A DNA stretch of 32,000 nt from Candidatus Hermodarchaeota archaeon (GTDB lineage: Archaea; Asgardarchaeota; Heimdallarchaeia; Hodarchaeales; Hodarchaeaceae): the NCBI GenBank assembly GCA_048886185.1, contig JBHLKY010000006.1, positions 120,001 to 152,000 on the forward strand, given 5' to 3'. How positions within the stretch are numbered: position 1 is the stretch's first letter; every line of letters begins with the position of its first letter. Shown here in pieces: positions 9,064-19,205 of this stretch. The translations under genes were made by a program, and so were the position numbers. The notes beneath the pieces were generated by a model, which saw only the letters and a program-made list of their open reading frames with translations, was not told the DNA's origin and searched no databases.

Positions 9064-9705
9064 TTGAGTCGAAACGTTCGGATCTTCAAGAAAAGACTTC
9101 AAATTGCTCAAAAGAAATGGAATACAGTTCAAGGCCATTCATTGAGAACTGTAAACAGTATTTTAACCATCCTATCAAGATTAAATTTGATTCAACGTCC
9201 TGACGCTTTTTCTAAAACATTATTAACAAAATTTAATGACATTCCAGAAAGATTAGCCTATCATCTTGCAGAATTAATGAATAAAAGTATAATTGACCTT
9301 TTTTCTTATATTGATCAGTTTGCTGATATTGTTCGCGAAATGAGGAAAATAGAGGAACAATTTCGTTTGGATTTTTCTATAATGGCAAAGAAGCAAGTCG
9401 TTGGAGGAGCTGACGCTTGGCCTCATGATCTTGAGATAATAGATCAAGCTGAAAGAACTATTCAGGAAATTGTCGATATGTACGAGACTGAACTTACATT
9501 AAGAAAGCAATTAATAAAAGAAATTCAAGATTCCATTTCACTACAACCACCATTAATTACTGTTTACCTGATTCTCTGGACATCAGAAGTCTACATTGAA
9601 ATCAACCGAATTCATGAACTTATTGAGGAATTCACTCATGTTGAAAAAGTTTGTGAGAGGGTATTCCAGCAAGATTCATATAATTCAGTCACGAGATCAC
9701 GATAG
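9064..9705 (+). CDS. Helical protein resembling eukaryotic CINP / C1orf109 (AIRIM)
   Basis: Motifs KKW19NT, F57NDIPERL, AWP, DM139YETELTLRKQLIKEI and VYLILW172TSEVYIE align by eye with recalled CINP/C1orf109 motifs. TTG start. Confidence 0.65.
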   Translation: MSRNVRIFKKRLQIAQKKWNTVQGHSLRTVNSILTILSRLNLIQRPDAFSKTLLTKFNDIPERLAYHLAELMNKSIIDLFSYIDQFADIVREMRKIEEQFRLDFSIMAKKQVVGGADAWPHDLEIIDQAERTIQEIVDMYETELTLRKQLIKEIQDSISLQPPLITVYLILWTSEVYIEINRIHELIEEFTHVEKVCERVFQQDSYNSVTRSR

Positions 9706-9744
9706 CTAATATATTTTGCTTATTATGATTTGAACTTATTTCCA

Positions 9745-11196
9745 TCAACTAGCATGAAAATTAGCAACCTTCAAGATACTATTAACTGAACCATCATTAA
9801 ATTTCTTTACTAAGAGGCCTTGAATCTTGTCATTAACCGCGTATTCAGGCTCACCATTATCTAAAAACTGTTTCACTAAACTTAGGGATGCCATTAAATC
9901 ATTACGAGCATTTTTTTCAAAACCAGCAGCACAAATTGCCACACCTCGCAATTGAGAGTTATTAGGGCCAGTTTGGGATGCAAAGACACATCTTTTATCT
10001 CCTGCAGTTAAATGATCTGGTGTATGACCAATTAAATCAAAACTCATTGATTGTATTGCAGAAAAAAGCCCTGTGTAGAGACATACTTCCTGTCCTGCTG
10101 GACGGTGACTTGCGAAGAGGGGAAGACCCCCGTCATCGAAAATATAAATCTCTGAATTAGAAAAAATCTGATTCAATACTCTAAATCTCTCATCTTCCTC
10201 TGATGTTTCAGAAAACACAGTATTTGTTTTTTTAGAATTTTGAGAGGGACCAGCTTCACGGGAGGCAAGTGTTGGTACTACAGAAGTTAAAAAATCTGTT
10301 GACGCTGAATAGGGTATGACACTTTCTATTGGTTGATAATCTGTCAGAATAAAAACGATATTGTACCCAGACACGCGAGAATCAGTCACGTTTGAGAAAA
10401 ATATTTCAAATTCTTTACCAAAGGTTTTTGTAATCAATTCGGAAACATCATTCATCGTTTTGAGACTAAGGGGCTTTTTTGAGGTTATGGATAAAAATAC
10501 AACTTGGAGGTTTTCGAGCTTTTCGGGCATTGTAGTAACTAACTTTTCACCAACTTGATCAATAGAGCCCCCAATTGCACTATTCAAGTCCTTGGAAGAA
10601 GAAATCCCATAAACCATGCTTTGAGAATCGCCAAAAATTCGAATTAAGTTTGAGAATGAAATTCCAAATTCAGAGGATGGGGCGAGGCTTGATATTATAC
10701 TTTCAAAAAAGATTAAGAAATCCCAACGACCCTTATTATTAGAACAATCAAAATGAAAATAACATTCACCAAATAATTCTCTTTGATCATTTGATAATCC
10801 CTTCCCAGTATCAATAAACAAAGGAATGGAGCCAGAAAACTCGATGGATGCTAATATAGCACCCATAATTTTGAAAATTCCCTCTTCTGAAGAATTAAAT
10901 ATAAATAGTAGAAAGAACGAGTTAAGAAGACTATATATTTTTGGAATCATTGTTTCGGAGTTAAAAATGACTACTTGATCACACATATCATTTTTTACGG
11001 TAGTACTAGTAGTTAATAACAGTTGAGGAAGACGAGCTTCATTTTTTAATGCTAAATACTCATTGATAATTTCTAATTCAGTTGTTAAATCTTCTCCAAT
11101 ACAAACTATTTTTCCACGAGGTCGAAAATATTCCAAGATTGAATTTTTTTCAGATTGGGAGCTCAATGCTGATTTCTCTTTCGTTTTATGGGTCAA
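9745..11196 (-). CDS. Degenerate FtsZ/tubulin-like protein fused to a C-terminal longin-like domain
   Basis: aa ~27-287 follow the FtsZ secondary-structure order, and the FtsZ C-terminal domain is clear (VFLSITSKKPLSLKTMNDVSELITKTFGKEFEIFFSNVTDSRVSGYNIVFILTD). The GGGTG and NxDFAD motifs are lost. aa 350-483 (IYIFDDGGLPLF...YTGLFSAIQSMSFDLIG...GDKRCVF) are longin/profilin-like. Confidence 0.7.
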   Translation of the reverse strand: MTHKTKEKSALSSQSEKNSILEYFRPRGKIVCIGEDLTTELEIINEYLALKNEARLPQLLLTTSTTVKNDMCDQVVIFNSETMIPKIYSLLNSFFLLFIFNSSEEGIFKIMGAILASIEFSGSIPLFIDTGKGLSNDQRELFGECYFHFDCSNNKGRWDFLIFFESIISSLAPSSEFGISFSNLIRIFGDSQSMVYGISSSKDLNSAIGGSIDQVGEKLVTTMPEKLENLQVVFLSITSKKPLSLKTMNDVSELITKTFGKEFEIFFSNVTDSRVSGYNIVFILTDYQPIESVIPYSASTDFLTSVVPTLASREAGPSQNSKKTNTVFSETSEEDERFRVLNQIFSNSEIYIFDDGGLPLFASHRPAGQEVCLYTGLFSAIQSMSFDLIGHTPDHLTAGDKRCVFASQTGPNNSQLRGVAICAAGFEKNARNDLMASLSLVKQFLDNGEPEYAVNDKIQGLLVKKFNDGSVNSILKVANFHAS

Positions 11197-11617
11197 ATAT
11201 CCCCTAAGTAATGTTGTTTAGAGAGAGGGGAATTTCAGAAAACATGTGATAATAATCTTCAATAAGCTCTTCAATACCCATAATATGCGGGTTATACAAA
11301 CCCAGCTAGTTTGTCAAGTTGAAATCTCTTTAATTTCAAAATATAAATCAATTATAGCTGAATGAAACCAATAGTTCATCATAATTAGTTTTCTTACAAC
11401 AGAATGATTTCTATGAGAGGGATCCCTATAGTATTTAAATCAATGACCGAATTTTATCCTATAACAGCTGCTTTGAAATAGGATATGTTAAAAACTTTCA
11501 TTAAACCTGTTTTTGTATAGAATTCATCTATAAACCATTGGAAGTAAGTTGAGAACATTGAGTGGAATAGTTCATAAGAGAATTCTCATTTTCTTGCATC
11601 AATTTTGGTAGGCAATA

Positions 11618-13537
11618 ATGACTTTTGAAATCGAAAAATACGAAGGATGGGGGCGAACAGGGCGAGCTTTTGGAAAGGAAGGTTTTATCACGCCAAATAT
11701 AATAATTCCTCGTTTTTTTAGCAATAATTCTCTCCTTACTTCGTTCAAAGACCAGAAGAACACAAACCAATTGCCTTATGAACAGAAGCATCCTAATTAT
11801 GAGATGTTAGGGAAAACTGATCTAGGATTATTACCTTCATGTTTCGTTTATCCTTCTTTACAAACACAGGGAAAGTCACTGGAGGATATTAATTGCTTTG
11901 ATGACTTTTTCCCAGTTGATATAAGTAAGAATTCTACCCAAAAACCATCTTTTCATCTTATCCCTTGGGACCTCCCCATAATATTTCTAAATAGATTTGA
12001 AGTCTACCTTCAAACTTTAAATAAACTAGAAGATCCAAAGCTAGATCCGCATACTAAATTAGTTTTGAATCTTCCACTTACGACTGAAATTCTAGAAAAG
12101 GATCTACCGTACCTAAAAGCTCCTGCTATTTCTGTGATAAGTTTAGGGGACCTTTCATCACTGTTAACGAATCCTAGACTTCTAATAAAATATTTAAAAA
12201 GATTAAAGACTTTGATTCCTCCTGATAGGATGATTTATGCCCCTGGAGTTCCTTCAAGCTTCATACCTATATTAGCTTATCTTGGTATCGATTTATATGA
12301 CTTATTATATATAAAAATGCTCTCTATAACTCCTGACCGACAATTAGATTTTATTCTCGAACAAAAGGTAACTGTAGAATCCTTTTTGCAGGTTTTACAT
12401 TTAGTAAGGAGAGGTCTAGAAATTGGTAAATTAAGAGATTTAACAAGAATTTTTGCAAATTCTTTTCCACCTCTTAAAGCTTTGTTAAGGATTAGTGATT
12501 TACAAATCTCTTTGGAAGAAGGAACACCACTCTATGGATCTCGTACTCTTTATTGCACTGATGAAACAGATTTCTCCCGCCCAGAAGTTTTTCGTTTTCG
12601 TGAGCGTGTGAAGACTCGTTATTATCCACCCTCTCATATAACTGGCGTCATTTTCCTTCCCTGTTCGGCTAAAAAACCCTATTCCCAATCAAAATCACAT
12701 AAACTCTTCCAGAAAGTTCTTCGTCAGACTCTGAAAGGAAGGCGCTATTCAATAGAAGAAATAATTTTAACTAGCCCCTTAGGTGTTGTACCACGAAATC
12801 TTGAGTACTCCTTTCCAGCCGCACATTATGACATTCCAGTCACAGGAAAATGGAGCCAAATAGAGAAAAAACATTTAACAAAAGATCTCACTGAATTTAT
12901 TAAAAAAATTGCCCTATCTGTTCCTCTTGTGGGTTATGTTAAGGGAGTAGAACGAAAAATACTGAAAAAAGTCTGTATTAGCCAAAATCGTTCTATTAAT
13001 CTTATAACTCAGGATATAAAATCCTTGACCTCAGAAGAAGCTTTACAGGAATTTGTAATTCTCCTTGAAGAATCATTCTCTAATTCTACTAATAATATCA
13101 GAATCCCGAATTTATTGGTATTTTTAAGGGCTATAGCTGATTTTCAATTTGGTAAAGGAATTGGAAAATCACTAGTTCCAAAGAATGCTAAAATTTCCGG
13201 AAGAAAAGAACTTGGAATAAAAGTTCAAATTGATGGAAAACATCATCTTATGTTTCGTCCAGACACGGGCTATTTGACTATCTCGCTTACTGCTGGACAT
13301 TTACTCTTAGGTCGCACCAAGAATGAAGTCACATTTGATGGTGAAAAGATTAAAGGTTCTACAATTTTTGCAAACGCCATAATCAAAGCAGACCCCGAGA
13401 TCAGACCAAAAGATGAAGTTCTTGTTACCAATGGAAAAGGTGAATTAATAGCAGTTGGGGTTTCACATCTTCCAGGTAATCTCTTGGTCAAAATGCAGCG
13501 AGGAAAAGGAATCAGTATTCGTCAAAAAGTGAAATAA
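11618..13537 (+). CDS. arcS: Archaeosine synthase alpha subunit (ArcS/TgtA2)
   Basis: TGT-like N-terminus, FLPCSAKKPYSQSKSH motif, PLGVVPR.LE..FPAAHYDIPVTG.W, and a C-terminal PUA domain (IIKADPEIRPKDEVLV). Confidence 0.9.
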   Translation: MTFEIEKYEGWGRTGRAFGKEGFITPNIIIPRFFSNNSLLTSFKDQKNTNQLPYEQKHPNYEMLGKTDLGLLPSCFVYPSLQTQGKSLEDINCFDDFFPVDISKNSTQKPSFHLIPWDLPIIFLNRFEVYLQTLNKLEDPKLDPHTKLVLNLPLTTEILEKDLPYLKAPAISVISLGDLSSLLTNPRLLIKYLKRLKTLIPPDRMIYAPGVPSSFIPILAYLGIDLYDLLYIKMLSITPDRQLDFILEQKVTVESFLQVLHLVRRGLEIGKLRDLTRIFANSFPPLKALLRISDLQISLEEGTPLYGSRTLYCTDETDFSRPEVFRFRERVKTRYYPPSHITGVIFLPCSAKKPYSQSKSHKLFQKVLRQTLKGRRYSIEEIILTSPLGVVPRNLEYSFPAAHYDIPVTGKWSQIEKKHLTKDLTEFIKKIALSVPLVGYVKGVERKILKKVCISQNRSINLITQDIKSLTSEEALQEFVILLEESFSNSTNNIRIPNLLVFLRAIADFQFGKGIGKSLVPKNAKISGRKELGIKVQIDGKHHLMFRPDTGYLTISLTAGHLLLGRTKNEVTFDGEKIKGSTIFANAIIKADPEIRPKDEVLVTNGKGELIAVGVSHLPGNLLVKMQRGKGISIRQKVK

Positions 13538-13538
13538 T

Positions 13539-14636
13539 ATGCAGAGACGAAAAAATAATCTATTAGCCTCTACTATTTTTGATATACGCCAGAAATATTT
13601 TAGACACCGTAATCCAGGTTTTCAACCCAAGTTATGGAGTTCAATAACAGAGACAAAGCTTAAGACAGTTATAACAATGGTTATTCCATCTCGAGGATGT
13701 AGTTGGGCTTTTTCGGACTCTGGAGGATGTTCCGTTTGTGGATATGTGAACGATTCCTCATATAATCAACACATTCCAGAAGAGATGATTCTTGAGAGAT
13801 TTAATCAATCACTGAAACAGGTTAACTCCACTAAACCCATTGAGTACAAACTGTTTAATTCAGGAAGTTTTTTTGATGAAAAGGATATTCCACAAAAATT
13901 GCGTTTAAATCTAATTGAAAATATTAAGAAATCTACAAGTGTATCAAAATTAAGCGTTGAATCTAGGCCTGAATATCTTATTAACAATCTAAATGTTGTG
14001 AAAAAAACTAAAGAATTGCTAGAACCCATTGAATTAGAAATTGGAGTTGGATTCGAAAGTTCAAATAACACTATCCTAATAGATTGTTGGAATAAAGGAT
14101 TTTTAGTCGAAGATTATAAAAGAAGTGTAGAAAAGATTCGAACTTTAGATATTAGGATTAAGACTTATATCTTAATCAAACCCCCATTTTTAACGGAAAG
14201 AGAGGCAATTAATGATACATTAATGACAGTAAAAGATACAATTGATATTGGAACTGAAGTGATCTCTCTTAATCCATGTAATATTCAGAATGGAACCCTT
14301 GTCAAAGATTTATATCAACAAGATCGCTATCAATCCCCTTGGTTATGGTCAATATTGCTTATTGTTAAAAAAATACGAGATCAATATCCTGATTTAGAGG
14401 TTATCTGCGAACCCATAGCAGCAGGAAAACAACGAGGAACTCATAATTGTGGGAAATGTGATAAGTTTGTTTTGAATTTGATTGAAAGAGTTATAAATAA
14501 TGAAGAAATTACAAAAGATCTCTCTAAAATATGTTCCTGTTTCTTGAAATGGAAATTTCTTGTAGAATCCCCAATTGAAAGTTTCCGAACCAGAAATTTA
14601 TCAAAATTAAGAAAATTAAGCCCTTTATATGAATGA
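13539..14636 (+). CDS. raSEA: Archaeosine biosynthesis radical SAM protein RaSEA
   Basis: RGCSW...GGCSVCGY cluster motif, FNSGSFFD, VESRPEY, GVGFES, IKPPFLTE, RGTHNCGKC. Starts 1 nt after the arcS stop. Confidence 0.9.
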   Translation: MQRRKNNLLASTIFDIRQKYFRHRNPGFQPKLWSSITETKLKTVITMVIPSRGCSWAFSDSGGCSVCGYVNDSSYNQHIPEEMILERFNQSLKQVNSTKPIEYKLFNSGSFFDEKDIPQKLRLNLIENIKKSTSVSKLSVESRPEYLINNLNVVKKTKELLEPIELEIGVGFESSNNTILIDCWNKGFLVEDYKRSVEKIRTLDIRIKTYILIKPPFLTEREAINDTLMTVKDTIDIGTEVISLNPCNIQNGTLVKDLYQQDRYQSPWLWSILLIVKKIRDQYPDLEVICEPIAAGKQRGTHNCGKCDKFVLNLIERVINNEEITKDLSKICSCFLKWKFLVESPIESFRTRNLSKLRKLSPLYE

Positions 14637-14648
14637 ATCAGATAGACC

Positions 14649-15806
14649 CTATTTCTTCGAGGAAAGAGATTTAGCTAACTCTTCATTACCTTTAAATACA
14701 TAACTTTTATCAATTGTCCTTTCGAGTTCTTTTAATAATTTTTTCTCTGATTTAGATAATTTAGGAGGGAATTTTACTGTTAAACCAATGTGCATATCGC
14801 CTTTTTGATAACTGTTTGGATAGGGAGCCCCTTTATTGTGCAGAGTAATAATCTTTCCCGACTCAGTTCCAGGTTTAATGGTAATTGTTTCCGTTCCATT
14901 GATGGTAGGAACTTCTACCTTTGTACCCAGAATGGCGTCGATAAAGCTAATCGGATATTCAAGAAGGATATCGGAGCCATTTCTACGGAAAAAAGGGTGA
15001 GGATCTACTAAAATAACCAGATAAAGATTGCCAGGTGGTCCGCCCAATTCGCCTGGTCGTCCCTCACCCTGCACTACCACTCGCATCCCAGTGTCAACCC
15101 CTGCAGGAATTTCAGCATTAACTGTCCTAAACTGTTTTACTTTTCCTATGCCTTTGCAGGTATTACATTCGGCACCTTTGGGTAAGCTATTGCCTTCCCC
15201 TCGACATTGTGGACAAGTGGTAATATTAACTATCTGTCCAAATGCTGACCGTTGAACTCGTCTAATCTCTCCTGTTCCTTGGCATGTATCGCAGGTTTTT
15301 AACGATTTTCCTTCTTTAACTCGTGTACCATGACAAGTTGGGCATTGCGCCCAATTCGGAACTTTTATTTTTTTTTCCAAACCTTTCATGGCATCTTCAA
15401 ATGATATTTCAAGGTTCAGCCGCACATCCTGTCCTCTTCGTGCGCTTGGACGAGAAGTTCTTGCACGAGAACCACCTCCAAATGCACTAAAGAGATCATC
15501 AAAAATCCCAAATCCACTGAAGAGATCCTCGAACCCAATTCCCGAAAAATCCCGGAATTGAGCTCCTGATAATCCACTATGGCCGAATCGGTCATAAGTA
15601 GCTCGTTTATCCGTGTCTGAGAGAACTTCAAATGCTTCAGCTACTTCCTTGAACTTTTCCTCTGCATTTGGATCATCTGGCTTCATATCTGGATGATATT
15701 TTCTCGCAAGATCTCTGAATGCTTTTTTTATTGTTTTAATATCAGCATCTCTTGGTACCCCCAAGACCTCATAGTAGTCTCTTTTGTTCTCACTCAGCGT
15801 GTTCAC
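14649..15806 (-). CDS. dnaJ: Chaperone DnaJ (Hsp40)
   Basis: J domain with HPD, G/F-rich region, four CxxCxGx(G) zinc motifs and a C-terminal substrate-binding domain. Confidence 0.97.
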   Translation of the reverse strand: MNTLSENKRDYYEVLGVPRDADIKTIKKAFRDLARKYHPDMKPDDPNAEEKFKEVAEAFEVLSDTDKRATYDRFGHSGLSGAQFRDFSGIGFEDLFSGFGIFDDLFSAFGGGSRARTSRPSARRGQDVRLNLEISFEDAMKGLEKKIKVPNWAQCPTCHGTRVKEGKSLKTCDTCQGTGEIRRVQRSAFGQIVNITTCPQCRGEGNSLPKGAECNTCKGIGKVKQFRTVNAEIPAGVDTGMRVVVQGEGRPGELGGPPGNLYLVILVDPHPFFRRNGSDILLEYPISFIDAILGTKVEVPTINGTETITIKPGTESGKIITLHNKGAPYPNSYQKGDMHIGLTVKFPPKLSKSEKKLLKELERTIDKSYVFKGNEELAKSLSSKK

Positions 15807-15839
15807 CTAGTTATCTTGCTCGATATTGGAAATCCGTAG

Positions 15840-17705
15840 TTACTCATCATCCACTATTTCATAATCCACATCAACAACTTCAGATTCGTCTGCTCCACTA
15901 GAAGTACCCTTAAATCCAGATGTACCCGCCTGCTGAGCTTGAGCTTGGGCTTGTTGCGCAGCCTGTTGTGAGTAAAGCTTTTGAGTTAATTCATGAGTGA
16001 TTTTCTCTAGTTCTTCACTTTTTTTCTTAATATCTTCGATTATTCCACTTTTAAGTGCATCTTTTAGGTTTTTTATATTTGTCTCAGCCCTAGAACGTGT
16101 ACCAGCATCTACTTGATCACCAAGATCTTTGAGTAACTTCTCTGATTGATATACTAGGGAATCGGCTTTGTTGAGAGCTTCTGCTTCTTCAAGGCGCTTG
16201 GAGTCCTCTACTTCATATTTAGCTGCTTCATCTACCATACGTTGAAAGTCTTTTTCAGAGAGTCCGCTATCACTTTTGATGGTAATTTTTTGTTCATTTC
16301 CAGTTCCTAAGTCTTTGGCAGTAACATTTACAATTCCATTTGCATCAATATCAAAAGTTACTTCAATTTGAGGAATTCCACGAGGAGCTGGCGGGATTCC
16401 AACTAATTGGAATCTCCCAAGTGTTATATTATTAGCTGCCATTTTACGTTCCCCCTGTAATACATGAATTTCAACTGAAGGTTGATTATCTGCAGCTGTT
16501 GAGAAAATTTGACTTTTCTTTGTAGGAATCGTTGTATTTCTTTCTATAAGCTTAGTGAAAACTTCTCCTAAAGTCTCTATTCCTAATGATAAGGGAGTAA
16601 CATCAAGGAGTAAAACATCTTTCACCTCACCTGTAAGAATAGCTGCTTGAATAGCTGCTCCTAAGGCGACACATTCATCAGGATTAATTTCTTTGGTCAA
16701 TTCCTTATTAAAAAAGCTTTTTAACGCTGATTGAACAGCAGGAACTCTGGTTGAACCACCTACTAATAAAATTTTATCAATATCTGAAGGTTTTAATTTT
16801 GCATCAGCCATGGCCTGTCGAGTAGGACCCATTGCGGCTTCAATTAAATCAGCTATCATTATTTCAAATTGGGAACGCGAAAGCGTAAGATTAAGATGTT
16901 TTGGTCCAGTGTTATCGGCATAAATATAAGGTAAGTTAATATTGGCTGATGTCTTTTGAGATAATTCGATTTTTGCCTGTTCTGCGGCATCTTTTAATCG
17001 TTGCATTGCCATAGGATCTTTAGAAAGATCTAATCCCGATTCTTTCTTGAATTCTTCAATTATCCAATCCATTATTCTTTGGTCGAAATCATCTCCACCT
17101 AGCCGATTATTCCCAGATGTGGCTTTAACTTCAAAAACTCCTTCCGATAGCTCTAATATTGAAACATCAAAAGTACCTCCTCCTAAATCAAACACTAGTA
17201 CAGTCTGTTCTTCCTCTTTATCAAGACCATAAGCCAAAGAAGCACTTGTTGGTTCATTAATTATACGAAGAACCTCTAATCCTGCAATTTGTCCTGCGTC
17301 TTTGGTTGCTTGTCGTTGAGAATCAGAGAAATAGGCTGGAACTGTTATAACTGCTTGTTTTATTGACTCACCCAAATATGCTTCTGCATCACGCTTGAGC
17401 TTTTGGAGGATCATGGCACTAATCTCTGGTGGTTTATATATCTTGCCATCTATCGTGACTTTATAGTTAGTACCCATTTCTCTCTTAATAGATCTGATTG
17501 TTCGCTCGGGATTTGAGACAGCCTGTCTTCTAGCTAAAATCCCGACTATTCTTTCCCCTTCTTTAGTAATAGTAACTACAGAGGGGGTAATTCTTTGTCC
17601 TTCAGCGTTAGGAATAATTACTGCTTTTCCACCTTCCATGGTAGCAATACCTGAAAAGGTTGTTCCTAAATCTATACCAATTGGTCTAGGCATCTTATTT
17701 TTCAC
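15840..17705 (-). CDS. dnaK: Chaperone DnaK (Hsp70)
   Basis: [37 protein letters not shown]. Lacks the N-terminal insertion of diderm DnaK (monoderm/archaeal type). Confidence 0.98.
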   Translation of the reverse strand: MKNKMPRPIGIDLGTTFSGIATMEGGKAVIIPNAEGQRITPSVVTITKEGERIVGILARRQAVSNPERTIRSIKREMGTNYKVTIDGKIYKPPEISAMILQKLKRDAEAYLGESIKQAVITVPAYFSDSQRQATKDAGQIAGLEVLRIINEPTSASLAYGLDKEEEQTVLVFDLGGGTFDVSILELSEGVFEVKATSGNNRLGGDDFDQRIMDWIIEEFKKESGLDLSKDPMAMQRLKDAAEQAKIELSQKTSANINLPYIYADNTGPKHLNLTLSRSQFEIMIADLIEAAMGPTRQAMADAKLKPSDIDKILLVGGSTRVPAVQSALKSFFNKELTKEINPDECVALGAAIQAAILTGEVKDVLLLDVTPLSLGIETLGEVFTKLIERNTTIPTKKSQIFSTAADNQPSVEIHVLQGERKMAANNITLGRFQLVGIPPAPRGIPQIEVTFDIDANGIVNVTAKDLGTGNEQKITIKSDSGLSEKDFQRMVDEAAKYEVEDSKRLEEAEALNKADSLVYQSEKLLKDLGDQVDAGTRSRAETNIKNLKDALKSGIIEDIKKKSEELEKITHELTQKLYSQQAAQQAQAQAQQAGTSGFKGTSSGADESEVVDVDYEIVDDE

Positions 17706-18351
17706 CTTTTTCTACATTTTTTGCCACTACAACTTTTGTTGGTCTAAGTAATTTTGAATTCAATAGATATCCAATCTGGACTTCTTCTAATATTGTATCT
17801 TCTTCAGTACCAGAGTTTGATTTCACGAAAATAGCCTCATGAAAGTTAGGATCAAACTTTTTGCCCAAGGCTGCAACTTTTTCAACACCCTCACTTTGTA
17901 AAATTGTTTCAAACTGTTTACGTATTGCAAGAAAACCATCGATAACAGAATCAAGATTGATCGACTCATTTGAGGTTATGCTTTGTTCTGCTTTCTCAAA
18001 ACTGTCAGCGAGATCGATAAGCTTGAGTAAAAGCCGTTCATTAGCCTGCTTCAAAATGGTGGCATGATTTGCTTTCGTTCTTCTTTCTAAATTTTCATAA
18101 TCTGCAATTGCACGTAAATATTTATTATGAATCTTATCGTATTGACCGTCTTTCTCTTCGAGTTGCTTATAGAGCCCTTTGATTTCATCCAACAGTTCTT
18201 TCTTTGTAGAACTATCTGTTGGAAGTGAAATAGCTGATTGGGATTTAACAGTCTTCGTTGTATCCTCTACTTCTGTTTCCTCAATCTGATAGTCTACATC
18301 AACAATTTCTGTTTCAGTTTTATCATCATTCTTTGTGTTTTTTTGACTCAT
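17695..18351 (-). CDS. grpE: Nucleotide exchange factor GrpE
   Basis: [39 protein letters not shown]. Overlaps the dnaK start by 11 bp. Confidence 0.96.
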   Translation of the reverse strand: MSQKNTKNDDKTETEIVDVDYQIEETEVEDTTKTVKSQSAISLPTDSSTKKELLDEIKGLYKQLEEKDGQYDKIHNKYLRAIADYENLERRTKANHATILKQANERLLLKLIDLADSFEKAEQSITSNESINLDSVIDGFLAIRKQFETILQSEGVEKVAALGKKFDPNFHEAIFVKSNSGTEEDTILEEVQIGYLLNSKLLRPTKVVVAKNVEKGEK

Positions 18352-18361
18352 TGTAATTATC

Positions 18362-19102
18362 TCACTCTGTACTTGCTCTCAATGTTGTTTCAAGATTTTT
18401 CATGAGAATCTGTCCGTGTTCAGGGAGTAATTTTTTATCCTGTAGTCTCCTTAGTGAATCTAAGATCTCAACTCGCTTACTCTTTACTTCTTTCTGGATT
18501 AAATCTATAGTAATTGGTTCAGAACTTGAATAAATGGTGTAAGCCAATTCCCTATCTTTTCGATGTGCGTCACCCTCGAGTTTCAAAGAAATTTCTTCAT
18601 TTAATTCTCCTGTTATTGAAAGCTTTCGGCTTAAAAGAAATGTTTCAATTGAACCAAGTTGTTGAATTAATGTATCTAATTTTCGAATTTGTTCGCCAAA
18701 ATCAATCTTTTTTGCATCAGAAGCTTTAGATAAAATTCTTGCTAGATCTTTACTTAAAGAGTCTAAATGATCCTGTGATATTGCATTATTGATATCCAAT
18801 TCTCCAATTGAGATTTCAAAAACATCAAAATCAAAAGAATGCTGACTTAATGTAATTCTGACAGATATATTTTTTGCAATACGATATAGCTTTCTTGCCA
18901 ATCCTTTTGATCTTTCATCTAACTGATCTTGAACAATCCATCCTTTCTCTAATAGGCTTTGGAGATGTCTTTGTATCGATTGTTGTGATTTTCCTAGTTC
19001 TTGAGCGAGCTGAAAGAGGTATTTTGGTTCATGTGCAATAGATCGTAAAATTTCACGCCGTGTTTCATTACCAATTAGCGAAAAAAACTCTTTTTCATTC
19101 AC
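18362..19102 (-). CDS. ArsR-like winged-helix regulator of the archaeal heat-shock regulator (Phr/HSR1, COG1777-like) type
   Basis: IGNETRREIL...YLFQLAQELGKSQQSIQRHLQSL...RKLYRIAKNISVRITLS matches the COG1777 pattern. First gene of the grpE-dnaK-dnaJ run, 10 bp from grpE. Confidence 0.8.
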   Translation of the reverse strand: MNEKEFFSLIGNETRREILRSIAHEPKYLFQLAQELGKSQQSIQRHLQSLLEKGWIVQDQLDERSKGLARKLYRIAKNISVRITLSQHSFDFDVFEISIGELDINNAISQDHLDSLSKDLARILSKASDAKKIDFGEQIRKLDTLIQQLGSIETFLLSRKLSITGELNEEISLKLEGDAHRKDRELAYTIYSSSEPITIDLIQKEVKSKRVEILDSLRRLQDKKLLPEHGQILMKNLETTLRASTE

Positions 19103-19189
19103 AGGAAGATATTCTCCCTTTTAATTAATTCTATTTGTCTGACTGGGCAATAAAAAAAATGATTTATAATATCAATGCTGTGTTGTATA

Positions 19190-19204
19190 TCAACGTTAAG
19201 TTGA
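19190..19204. promoter_or_regulatory. Candidate heat-shock repressor operator TCAAC-N5-GTTGA
   Basis: Perfect 5-bp inverted repeat with a 5-nt spacer, directly downstream of a TATA-like box. Resembles the Archaeoglobus HSR1 site CTAAC-N5-GTTAG. Confidence 0.55.
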
Positions 19205-19205
19205 C

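Noticed and set aside
11289-11303. GGGTT-N5-AACCC inverted repeat in the pseudo-FtsZ/arcS spacer
   Set aside because: Single 5-bp repeat, in the opposite orientation to the heat-shock motif, and expected by chance.
15928-15970. Short GCTTGA/GCTTG repeats near the dnaK 3' end
   Set aside because: They encode the Q/A-rich DnaK linker; not a CRISPR or regulatory repeat.
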